Of a DNA stretch of 64,000 bases, positions 1 through 8,537 are shown piece by piece. Below the pieces are notes generated by a model, which saw only the letters and a program-made list of their open reading frames with translations, searched no databases and had not been told where the DNA came from. The stretch is from positions 1,344,001 through 1,408,000 of the forward strand of contig OZ242195.1 of the NCBI GenBank assembly GCA_965205975.1, written 5' to 3'. The first letter of the stretch is position 1. Each line of letters begins with the position of its first letter. The DNA comes from Candidatus Latescibacterota bacterium (lineage in GTDB: Bacteria; Latescibacterota; UBA2968). The translations under genes and the position numbers were made by a program.

Positions 1-129
1 GTTTATTTTGCAATACGACCGGAGAAACTTTTTTATACGCGATCGATGATTAAAGGATGGATTACAGACGAGGAATATCGCGCACATCACGATCCCAAAA
101 AGTGGGATGCTAAAAGAAAAGGCATATGA
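1..129 (+). CDS. 3' end of a cytochrome b/formate dehydrogenase gamma-subunit-like membrane protein (partial)
   Basis: Frame 1 reads VYFAIRPEKLFYTRSMIKGWITDEEYRAHH...*; SMIxGW and the late HH resemble FdnI/cytochrome b C-termini. Truncated by the window edge. Confidence 0.55.
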   Translation, partial: VYFAIRPEKLFYTRSMIKGWITDEEYRAHHDPKKWDAKRKGI

Positions 130-132
130 CGA

Positions 133-513
133 ATGGCAGATGTTTTCTCAAAGTGGGCGCAACATATTGAAGCGATTGAGTCGGGCTATGAATTGATGCT
201 GGCTTATGCCGCACAGGGTATAGAAGGAGATGACGCGCCAGACTCTCAGATACGACACGCGCTAAAAGAGATGAATAACGCGCTCGATAATCTGGGAAAA
301 TCCGCAGTGCGTATTGCAGAAGAAAGAGAGCTTGTGGATTATCGGAATTTTTTGGACGCGATGAATGCCGATGCGAAAAGAGCACAGGCGGGCATTAAAC
401 TCGTGCTGGGCAAGCCCACCATCAGTTCCCAGTTGATCGACAACTTAAATGCCTCTATCCATTTGCGCGCGCTACTGACCGATCTGTTTTTGATTGATGA
501 GGCTTTGAAATGA
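133..513 (+). CDS. conserved hypothetical all-helical protein
   Basis: 126-aa ORF 3 nt after the previous stop, followed by a bidirectional terminator. Confidence 0.75.
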   Translation: MADVFSKWAQHIEAIESGYELMLAYAAQGIEGDDAPDSQIRHALKEMNNALDNLGKSAVRIAEERELVDYRNFLDAMNADAKRAQAGIKLVLGKPTISSQLIDNLNASIHLRALLTDLFLIDEALK

Positions 514-538
514 GATTGTAGATTTTATGTTTTGTATC

Positions 539-571
539 AAAAGGTCGTGAGTCATATTCACGACCTTTTTT
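539..571. terminator. bidirectional rho-independent terminator
   Basis: AAAAGGTCGTGA-gtcata-TTCACGACCTTTTT hairpin between convergent genes. Confidence 0.8.
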
Positions 572-597
572 ATAGGTCTGGCAATGCGTATTGCGCC

Positions 598-1428
598 TCA
601 GGGGCACTCGCCGCGTGTGAGTCTGCTCTGGATATCGTCTAATACAAACGGCACGTCCCAGATGCCATCGACGACATAGTGTGCGCCGGACTGATGCATG
701 CGCTGATATACGGTCTCGAGTTGTGTTTGCAGTACTTCGGGATCAAGTTGGTTGATTTCTTCTTCGTTTAGACCGATTTCATTTCCTGTTTTTGCAAGTC
801 CAATAGTCCACATGCCGGCATTGAGACCTTCTTCGATGCCGGGGATCGTGTCATCGACTTTGACACAGGCTGCAAAGGGATACACGCCCAGTTGCATGGC
901 ATTTTGCACACACATCCACGGTGCTGGGCGGCCTTCGGGAACGTCGGTTGCGCATACGGTTGCATCGGGTTCGTAACCGCGCTTTTTGGCTTCTTCCTGT
1001 AATAGTGCCATCATTTCGCCTGTATATCCGGTGGTTGATCCTATTTTTAATCCGCGCTTGCGAAACTCGGCAACGGCTTCCAGTGTACCGGGAATTAGAT
1101 CGGCGTATTCAGCCAGGCAACTCAGTTGCAAGGGCACAAATGCTTCAAACATCTCGTCGATATCCGATTCCTCCGGTGGTCGATTGTAGGTATCTTCCCA
1201 GCGCTGGTGTACAGATTCGATTTGAGATATTTTGTGGATGTGAACTTTTTTATGCGCCCCCATTGGCGCACGCGCCTCGGCCATGCTGATGGGTACTCGC
1301 ATGCGTTCGTACACCTGGCGAAAGACCACAGCTGGCGCATAACATCCGTAATCCATCGAGGTTCCCGCCCAATCTAACAAAATGGCTTTTAGCGCACCGC
1401 GATATGTACGTCGAAAATAAAAATCCAT
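598..1428 (-). CDS. phnX: phosphonoacetaldehyde hydrolase (phosphonatase, HAD family)
   Basis: DWAGT..DYG HAD motif I, MGAHKKVHI Schiff-base Lys motif, GRPAPWM, VKVDDT..GIEEGLNAG; start placed at MDFYF with AAAGGA RBS. Confidence 0.93.
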   Translation of the reverse strand: MDFYFRRTYRGALKAILLDWAGTSMDYGCYAPAVVFRQVYERMRVPISMAEARAPMGAHKKVHIHKISQIESVHQRWEDTYNRPPEESDIDEMFEAFVPLQLSCLAEYADLIPGTLEAVAEFRKRGLKIGSTTGYTGEMMALLQEEAKKRGYEPDATVCATDVPEGRPAPWMCVQNAMQLGVYPFAACVKVDDTIPGIEEGLNAGMWTIGLAKTGNEIGLNEEEINQLDPEVLQTQLETVYQRMHQSGAHYVVDGIWDVPFVLDDIQSRLTRGECP

Positions 1429-1456
1429 TTTCTGTCCTTTCTGATTTATTAAAAAA

Positions 1457-2605
1457 ATGAAGCGTCTTGTGAAACAGATTATCCACATGGCACCCGGAGC
1501 TATTGAGACTGTGCAGTCTTTGTTAGATGACAGAGCCGTGCGGTCTGTTTTTGTTGTGGCTGATCGCACAGCTTACGATAAATCCGGTGCAAAAATGTAT
1601 ATAGAATCCGCATTACAGGGGCGCGTCCAGGCCATATTTGATGATTTCGCGCCCAATCCCAAATACGCCGATGTGATACGCGGTGTCAAATTCTGGCACG
1701 CACATCCATGTGATATAATGATTGCCATAGGTGGCGGATCTGCAATTGATATGGCCAAGCTCATTGGCATTTGCGGTACACATCGCGGACAATACCGCGA
1801 ACTTCTCACAGGGAATATACCGATTCGGGATAAGGTTGCGCCGTTAATCGCCATTCCCACCACAGCGGGTACGGGGAGTGAAGCTACGCATTTTGCTGTG
1901 GTTTATGTCGGGGAACAAAAATATTCCGTTGCACACGCCAATGTGTTGCCCGACTACGCAATTATCGATCCCAATCTGACAGATAATTTGCCGCCTTCTA
2001 TTACCGCACATACGGGACTGGACGCACTGTCACAGGCCGTTGAATCTTTGTGGAGTGTGAATGCAACCGCGCAATCGCGTGTTTTTGCAAGTGAAGCTCT
2101 GACGCTGGTGCTCGATAATCTCGAGGCTGCTGTTCACCGTCCCACATCCGATGTGCGCGCCAATATGTGTCGCGCAGCCCATCTATCGGGCAAAGCGATC
2201 AATATCAGCAAGACCACAGCACCTCACGCGATTTCCTATACGCTCACATCTCAATTTGGCGTGCCTCACGGTTTGGCTGTGGCTCTGACGTTGGGGGCAG
2301 TTTTAATATACAACAATGGGGTAACCCGTGGTGATTGTTGGCATCCCAAAGGTGTTGCTCAAGTCCAGAAAGATATTAGAGGTATCAACAGGCTGATAGG
2401 GGTCGCGAGTTCTGAAGAAGCGCGAAAGCACATTGACGGTCTCATCAGCGCCATTGGTTGTCCAACCCACCTGCGACAGGTCGGTGTGGATACCGATGCA
2501 GACCTGGAAATACTTGTGCAGAATGTCAACACGGAACGTCTAAAAAACAATCCCCGCGCCCTGTCGGAGTTTGAGTTAAGACGAATACTCAAAGAAACCC
2601 ATTAG
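1457..2605 (+). CDS. iron-containing alcohol dehydrogenase, phosphonoacetaldehyde reductase/hydroxyethylphosphonate dehydrogenase-like
   Basis: GGGSAIDMAK, PTTAGTGSEATHFAVVY, AINISKTTAPHAISY..VPHG motifs typical of the PhpC/FomC-like subgroup; adjacent to phnX; start could be GTG 1469. Confidence 0.8.
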   Translation: MKRLVKQIIHMAPGAIETVQSLLDDRAVRSVFVVADRTAYDKSGAKMYIESALQGRVQAIFDDFAPNPKYADVIRGVKFWHAHPCDIMIAIGGGSAIDMAKLIGICGTHRGQYRELLTGNIPIRDKVAPLIAIPTTAGTGSEATHFAVVYVGEQKYSVAHANVLPDYAIIDPNLTDNLPPSITAHTGLDALSQAVESLWSVNATAQSRVFASEALTLVLDNLEAAVHRPTSDVRANMCRAAHLSGKAINISKTTAPHAISYTLTSQFGVPHGLAVALTLGAVLIYNNGVTRGDCWHPKGVAQVQKDIRGINRLIGVASSEEARKHIDGLISAIGCPTHLRQVGVDTDADLEILVQNVNTERLKNNPRALSEFELRRILKETH

Positions 2606-2820
2606 AGGTATTATGGCAGAGGCTTTAAAAGAGGTCGAGACAACACGCGATCGCCCAGATACGGTCACTCCGAGCAGTGAGTAAGATACGCCTTTAGGGT
2701 GGAAATTTTATAGACGAGTTGGATTTGGGATGGCAAACTCCGCGTTTTGTGTTATAATTTGTAGTAAATTGGTAGTTCCTAACACTAATAAAACAGAACC
2801 GGAAAAAAGGAAAGATACCT

Positions 2821-3096
2821 ATGCTCCAGATTGAAATTCACTCCCGCGACCTCGAAAAAGAGGTGAACGCCCTGATTGACGCGGGGCTTTATGCCGACTC
2901 GCAGGCGTTGATGACCGATGCTCTTGAAAAATTGGTCACTACGAAAAAAGAAGCTCGCCTTGATGCCGCAATTTTGCTCTATCAACAGCATGAAGTGACG
3001 CTCGCCAGAGCTGCGGAATTGGCCGGAATCCACCGTTTTGAGTTTGAAACTGCGTTGGAAACGAAAGGTATCTCGAAAATCGTAGAAGTCGATTAA
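2821..3096 (+). CDS. UPF0175-family putative antitoxin (possibly C-terminally truncated)
   Basis: AILLYQQHEVTLARAAELAGIHRFEF HTH pattern; upstream of a PIN gene. Confidence 0.75.
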   Translation: MLQIEIHSRDLEKEVNALIDAGLYADSQALMTDALEKLVTTKKEARLDAAILLYQQHEVTLARAAELAGIHRFEFETALETKGISKIVEVD

Positions 3097-3173
3097 ACCG
3101 AAGCCTTACAAGCAGGCGTTTTACTCATCAAATGACAGTAGAAATTAAACGACAGCGCCAAAGGGGCTTAGTC

Positions 3174-3665
3174 GTGGTTTTTGTTGATACAGATGTGCTT
3201 TCCATATTCGCTAAAATTCAACGGCTTCCCTTGTTGTTTACCGTCTTTAATGAGGATCATCTCAATATTTCCACCGCTGTAGAGAACGAACTCCAAACGG
3301 GCATCGCTAAGGGATTTGACTTTGCGCAAGACGTTATAGCATTGCATTCTCAAGGGCAAATCGTAACATATCATCCGACAACTATTGATCAACGTTTCAC
3401 TGCGACTTTGCCCATGACGCTTGGTTCAGGAGAGCGCGAGTCAATGGCGATTTGTAAACGGTTAAATGCCATCTTTGTTAGCAACGAGCGACGGGTTAAA
3501 CATCACTGTCGAGAAAATGGGATAGATTGCGTAAACCTATCTGAAATTTTGCGTGCGCTATGGGAACGTGAAATTTTAATGCAAGCCGATGTGAGGAAGA
3601 TCATCACTGAGATCGAAACGAAAGACAATCTTAAATTTCGAACAACAGATCCAATTTTCAAATGA
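3174..3665 (+). CDS. PIN-domain protein (DUF3368/VapC-like toxin)
   Basis: VFVDTDVLS N-terminal acidic motif, LGSGERESMAI, VSNER; GTG start after AGGGG. Confidence 0.8.
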   Translation: MVFVDTDVLSIFAKIQRLPLLFTVFNEDHLNISTAVENELQTGIAKGFDFAQDVIALHSQGQIVTYHPTTIDQRFTATLPMTLGSGERESMAICKRLNAIFVSNERRVKHHCRENGIDCVNLSEILRALWEREILMQADVRKIITEIETKDNLKFRTTDPIFK

Positions 3666-3732
3666 ACTCCATATAACGAGCCTTATCAAACACCCCGCTT
3701 TCGCAATCGTTTTTTTCTGTGTGATATACCTT

Positions 3733-5136
3733 TTATACAGTAAACTCTGGCCGGCCGAGGGCATCGGTGGAGTTTTGGCGCTGGTAGATGGGAATTTCGC
3801 CACCTGCATCTTCGAGTATGCGGTGTTTTGCCCGCGCGATTCTATCTGCGGCTCTTTCGGCGATGTTCTGAGTGCAGTCCGGGTCTGATGCCAGGTCGAA
3901 GACGCGTGGACGGGAAAAGTCCGCTTGAGAAAAGAACCAGGTGGTATTGTCTTTGTACCAGACGGAATTGCCGTAGCGGCAGGTCAGATAGTCTCGCTCG
4001 CTGAATGTGCCCGAGGATTCAACGATGGGTAGCAGGCTCTGTCCGTCAATTTGTCCAATCGGTGAGACGCCGGAAATGTCGAGCACTGTTGCGGGTATAT
4101 CGAGGGTATAGACAAAGGCGTCGGAGATGGTTCCGGCGCCTTTGTTTTGTGGGTGTCGCAAGATCATCGGGATGCACATGGTACCCGGATACATGTAGTC
4201 TGCGGGTTTGCCGATTATGCCTTCGGTATTGTCGGCGAAATTTGTACCGTGGTCGCTCAGGAAAATGACCATAGTATTGTCCCGCAAGCCCGCTCTGTCG
4301 ATTGTATCGACCAGTCGTCCAAACCAGGTATCTACCATTGTGACCAGTCCGGCGTAGTTAGCGCGAATAGAAGCGAGCCGATTTTCGTAGTCGGGATTGG
4401 CGCTCAAGGGGCCATAAGGCACGTTGAGACAGATGGGTACTCTGTCTTCGCGGCTACCATACAGGTCGTAGTAGTGGAGTGGTGCTTCCCATGTCTCGTG
4501 GGGAGTAAAGCTATCGACGTAGAGGTAAAAGGGCGTGTTTGAAGCGTTTTGCTCCAGAAACTCAATGGCAGCGCGAAACGTCCTCGCTGCGGGCCATGTC
4601 TCTTCGGGACGCTGGGGTTGCACATTGACCAGATGGGCGCGGATCAGGTTCTCGGCCTGTCCCTTTCGGAGTTTATAGCATCCGATCAATGCCGGGTCTG
4701 CTGCGGCTATGGCGCGATAGCGGTCCTCTGCCTGACCGCGAATGAATTGCCATTGGCGGAAGCCTCGCGTAAAATTCATTCCAGGGACAAAGTAATGGGG
4801 AACATCGGCAAAGAATCCGGTGTGATAACCAGCCTGGACCAGCGCTTCGGCGATTGTACCCTCATCACCCGACATGGGTTGCCATCCGGCGAGATAGACA
4901 TTGTCCCAGGGAACGGGACAATAGTCTTTGAAGGGAAAGGCCCGGCGCCCGGTGTGAAGGGTTCGCCGCGTCGGAATGGTGGGCAGACACTCGGGATGGG
5001 CATTGGTGAAACGCACGCCCTCTTCGGCAAACTGGTCGAGATTTGGCGTGTGGATCCAGTCGTTTCCATAAGCACCCAGGAATGATGTGCGAAATGTATC
5101 GGCTACGATGACGACGATGTTCATAGGGTCTGTCAT
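3733..5136 (-). CDS. sulfatase/alkaline-phosphatase superfamily protein with non-canonical TIPTR motif
   Basis: NIVVIVADTFR, TPNLD, PTIPTRRTLHTG, PHE, FLSDHG. Confidence 0.85.
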   Translation of the reverse strand: MTDPMNIVVIVADTFRTSFLGAYGNDWIHTPNLDQFAEEGVRFTNAHPECLPTIPTRRTLHTGRRAFPFKDYCPVPWDNVYLAGWQPMSGDEGTIAEALVQAGYHTGFFADVPHYFVPGMNFTRGFRQWQFIRGQAEDRYRAIAAADPALIGCYKLRKGQAENLIRAHLVNVQPQRPEETWPAARTFRAAIEFLEQNASNTPFYLYVDSFTPHETWEAPLHYYDLYGSREDRVPICLNVPYGPLSANPDYENRLASIRANYAGLVTMVDTWFGRLVDTIDRAGLRDNTMVIFLSDHGTNFADNTEGIIGKPADYMYPGTMCIPMILRHPQNKGAGTISDAFVYTLDIPATVLDISGVSPIGQIDGQSLLPIVESSGTFSERDYLTCRYGNSVWYKDNTTWFFSQADFSRPRVFDLASDPDCTQNIAERAADRIARAKHRILEDAGGEIPIYQRQNSTDALGRPEFTV

Positions 5137-5324
5137 TGGGATCTCCTTTTCTATAAACGTATTTTACGTATCGGAATCCAAAGTAATATATCCAGCGACA
5201 AGAGTAAAGAACTGAAACACCAAGCAGGTCCAAACGAGATTCAAGACTTGCCCCACCCATGATTTTGCTTATTTTTCTAAGCAATTGATCTCAGAAGTAA
5301 TCACCTCAATATTGGAGTGTTAAT

Positions 5325-5765
5325 ATGGCAGTTAAACAGTTTGAACCCGGAGAAGCAAAAGCCGCGATGGATGAAGCGGAAAACTCTGTTTATCTCGATG
5401 TGCGCACGGAAATGGAGTTTGCCCAGGGGCATCCCGAAGGCGCTATCAATATCCCCATTGCGATTCCCGGCCCGGCGGGCATGGTACCAAATCCCGATTT
5501 TTTGACTGTTGTGCAAAAAACACTGCCCGATAAAGAACAGCCCATTTTTTGTGGCTGTCAGAGCGGGATGCGTTCCCAGATGGCCGCGGACTTGATGGCG
5601 CGGTTGGGGTATTCGAATCTCGCCAATGTTCAGGGTGGCTTTGGCGGAAAAGTCGAAAATGGCGTTCTCGTAGTGGTGGGATGGCGAGATTCCAATTTGC
5701 CTGTCGAAACCGATGTCAATGACTCCAATTCTTATGCGGGTATTAAGGCGCGGGCGGAATCGTAG
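5325..5765 (+). CDS. rhodanese-like domain protein
   Basis: LDVRTEMEFAQGHPEGAINIP, active-site CQSGMRS, NVQGGF. Confidence 0.9.
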   Translation: MAVKQFEPGEAKAAMDEAENSVYLDVRTEMEFAQGHPEGAINIPIAIPGPAGMVPNPDFLTVVQKTLPDKEQPIFCGCQSGMRSQMAADLMARLGYSNLANVQGGFGGKVENGVLVVVGWRDSNLPVETDVNDSNSYAGIKARAES

Positions 5766-5789
5766 CCCGATTATTTCCTTTGAAGGAGA

Positions 5790-6875
5790 ATGGAATATAG
5801 TTCTCCTTTTATTTTGTGGCAGAGTGAGTTACGAGTGATTAAAACAAAAGAATCACAAGCCAGAAAAGCATTTATTGACATGGCAGATTTGCATGTTGGC
5901 AGCCGGGTGCTGGATCTCGGCTGGGAGGGAGACTGTCTCGAATGCTTGCGGGAAACAGGTGCTCGAGTGACTTTTGTGGGGGAGGATATTCGCGCTGTGC
6001 AAAAGGCAGAAACACTTGGGATAAACGGGGTGCTCAGTGCAATGCCTGCGCAGGTGATTTCCGGCGCGCGTGTCGTATTTTACAAACCCGCACAAAGATC
6101 TGCCAAAGGTCAGGTATTTGAATGGATTGATCAGGGCTTTCAGGCGCTTGAAATGGGTGGCGCGCTTTATCTGACGGGTCAGCGAAATCGAGGCATTAGA
6201 AGTTATGCCGCGTATTTACATGCGGTTTTTGGCAATAGCAAGCGCGCAGGGCGCGTGGGCAGAGTGGAAATTTATAGCGCAAAAAAGGAGCAGGACGATC
6301 CTTGCCAAGCACCGATTGACAATCGAATGACATTTGAATTGTGCGATTTGCCGGGCAGTCCATATCGCGTTGAAACCCGTGCGGGCGTTTTTTCACGGGA
6401 TGGACTCGATAATGGGACGAGGTTGCTGATCAATTGCCTGAAAGTCCTTCCTGCAGACCATGTGCTGGACTGGGGGTGTGGCTGGGGCGCACTCGGCATG
6501 GTTGCTGCGCGTCTATCTGTAAAAGGCAGCGCAACGCTCGTCGATTCAAATATTCGCGCTGTTTCCTGCACAGAGGAAAATTTGAAACGCAACCAGATTT
6601 GCAATGTGGTAGTGCGAGTGGGAGATGCTCGCATTTGGGATCGGCGTGAGAAATTCGATCTTATTGTTTCCAACCCGCCCTTTCACGATGGCAATGCTGC
6701 GGCACACCCCCTTATTGAAGGTGCTTTTCGGGCATTGAGACCGGGAGGGCGTTTGATGCTTGTTGTGATGCGTCCAGAAGCGTATTTGAGACACATTCGC
6801 AGGATTTTTGGACAGGGGAAGATCATGGCGCAAAAAGATGGATATGTCGTTCTTGAGGCCCATATTGGGAACTAA
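5790..6875 (+). CDS. class I SAM methyltransferase, RsmC-like
   Basis: GVFSRDGLDNGTRLL, VLDWGCGWG, NPPFH; two-domain architecture. Confidence 0.85.
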   Translation: MEYSSPFILWQSELRVIKTKESQARKAFIDMADLHVGSRVLDLGWEGDCLECLRETGARVTFVGEDIRAVQKAETLGINGVLSAMPAQVISGARVVFYKPAQRSAKGQVFEWIDQGFQALEMGGALYLTGQRNRGIRSYAAYLHAVFGNSKRAGRVGRVEIYSAKKEQDDPCQAPIDNRMTFELCDLPGSPYRVETRAGVFSRDGLDNGTRLLINCLKVLPADHVLDWGCGWGALGMVAARLSVKGSATLVDSNIRAVSCTEENLKRNQICNVVVRVGDARIWDRREKFDLIVSNPPFHDGNAAAHPLIEGAFRALRPGGRLMLVVMRPEAYLRHIRRIFGQGKIMAQKDGYVVLEAHIGN

Positions 6876-6925
6876 TGTATCACACAGGCGTTTATCGCAA
6901 TGAAGTATAAGGTCTGATAGTTTCA

Positions 6926-6995
6926 CGGGTTTCCGCAAGTGTTTGATCTGGTCCCCTCCCACCAGATTGGGCGTCTCGCGGAAGCCCGCTTTTTT
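6926..6995 (+). ncRNA. long hairpin with C-rich loop and U-tail (candidate sRNA or terminator)
   Basis: CGGGTTTCCGC/GCGGAAGCCCG plus GTGTTTGATCTGGT/ACCAGATTGGGCGT stems, loop CCCCTCCC, then T6. Confidence 0.4.
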
Positions 6996-7045
6996 GTGGT
7001 TGACACATCCATTTTCAGAGCGTTAATTCTCTCCCGCCAAAAGGC

Positions 7046-7074
7046 TTGACAGCCCGGAACTCCGGTTGTATTCT
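7046..7074 (+). promoter_or_regulatory. sigma70-type promoter of the molybdoenzyme operon
   Basis: TTGACA-17 nt-TATTCT; the spacer contains palindrome CCGGA-ac-TCCGG. Confidence 0.6.
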
Positions 7075-7100
7075 TAGACTTCTCAGAAAAATTCAAAAGC

Positions 7101-7134
7101 ATCCGCAGATGAATGGGTAATGGACGCAGATAAA
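7101..7134 (+). repeat. ATCCGCAGAT/ACGCAGAT dispersed repeat, copy 1
   Basis: ATCCGCAGATGAA...GGACGCAGATAAA. Confidence 0.7.
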
Positions 7135-7165
7135 ATCTGTGGTTTTAATAAAGAGGAGGAAAATT

Positions 7166-8041
7166 TTGAACGCATTTGATTATGAATCACCCCAGTCTGT
7201 AGATGAGGCTATTTCTCTGCTCAGTGCGGGAAATGGCAATATCGGCATTCTGGCGGGTGGCACGGACTTGATCGCGCAGTTGAAGGAGGGGCGCAAGATC
7301 GATTTGATGATCGATCTCAAGCAGATTCCCGAAGCAACTGTGTTGAGTTTTGATGAGGAAAGCGGTTTGAGTATTGGCGCGGCAACATCGTGTTCCAAAA
7401 TTTACAGTTACGATGTTGTCCAAAGCCGTTATCCCGCTCTTGTAGATTGTACTTCACTCATCGGTTCTATTCAGATTCAAAACCGCGGATCTGTTGGGGG
7501 CAATTTCTGCAATGCCTCACCCGCAGCGGACACCCCACCTGCTGTCATTGTCCTGGGCGGCACATGTCGTATTGCGGGGCCAAATGGCACGCGAGAAGTT
7601 GCTGCAGAGGATTTCTTTACTGGTCCAGGGCAAAGTGTTCTTCAATCCGGCGAGTTTCTCATTTCTATTCAGGTGCCAACTCCGGCTGCCAATTCGGGAG
7701 CGTTTTTCCTGCGATTTATTCCACGCAATGAAATGGATATTGCTGTGGCCAATGCTGCGGCATCTGTGGTTTTGGACAGCGGTAAAACGACTATTCAAGA
7801 AGCGCGGGTGGCAATTGGAGCTGTCGCTCCCACACCCTTACTCGTTGCCGATGCAGGCGCAGCACTTGAGGGAAAAGCGGTAGATGATGAAGACGCAATA
7901 GAAGCGGCGTGTGCGGCATCGCGCGCTGCAGCCAGACCAATTAGCGATATGCGGGGAACTATCGAACAGCGGATTCACCTGTCCGGCGTTTTGACGCGCC
8001 GCGCCATTCAGGGAGCCATTCAGAGAGCAAAGGAGTCTTGA
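7166..8041 (+). CDS. xanthine dehydrogenase-family FAD-binding subunit (CoxM-like)
   Basis: LAGGTDL, IQIQNRGSVGGNFCNASPAAD; TTG start after GAGGAGG. Confidence 0.9.
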   Translation: MNAFDYESPQSVDEAISLLSAGNGNIGILAGGTDLIAQLKEGRKIDLMIDLKQIPEATVLSFDEESGLSIGAATSCSKIYSYDVVQSRYPALVDCTSLIGSIQIQNRGSVGGNFCNASPAADTPPAVIVLGGTCRIAGPNGTREVAAEDFFTGPGQSVLQSGEFLISIQVPTPAANSGAFFLRFIPRNEMDIAVANAAASVVLDSGKTTIQEARVAIGAVAPTPLLVADAGAALEGKAVDDEDAIEAACAASRAAARPISDMRGTIEQRIHLSGVLTRRAIQGAIQRAKES

Positions 8042-8045
8042 TCGC

Positions 8046-8522
8046 ATGCCAGGAAAAGTTCACGTTACAACGACAATTAATGGAGAATCAGTCGAGTTTT
8101 TGTGCGAACCTCGGCAGACAATTCTCGAAGTTTTGCGGGATCAACTCGATCTTACGGGCACGAAAGAGGGTTGCAGCAATGGCAACTGCGGTGCGTGCAG
8201 CATACTGGTCAATGGAGAGGTTATCGATTCTTGCCTGATGATGGGAGTTGAAGCCGAGGGGCAGGAACTCACGACTATCGAAGGTGTTGCAAGTGCCGAT
8301 GGTTTGCATCCTCTGCAGCAGAAATTTCTCGAACACGCAGCTCTTCAGTGCGGCATTTGCACGCCGGGCTTTATTGTAGCCGCCAAGGCATTGCTCGATC
8401 AAGAGTCTGATCCTTCGGAAGAACGCATTCGGTTATACTTAGCGGGGAATTTGTGCCGTTGCACGGGGTATGACAAAATCGTTCGCGCGGTGCAAGACGC
8501 CGCGTCTGAAATGGCCGAATAG
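8046..8522 (+). CDS. xanthine dehydrogenase-family 2x[2Fe-2S] subunit (CoxS-like)
   Basis: GTKEGCSNGNCGAC, QCGICTPG, NLCRCTGY. Confidence 0.95.
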   Translation: MPGKVHVTTTINGESVEFLCEPRQTILEVLRDQLDLTGTKEGCSNGNCGACSILVNGEVIDSCLMMGVEAEGQELTTIEGVASADGLHPLQQKFLEHAALQCGICTPGFIVAAKALLDQESDPSEERIRLYLAGNLCRCTGYDKIVRAVQDAASEMAE

Positions 8523-8537
8523 GGAGGTGATCCCATA

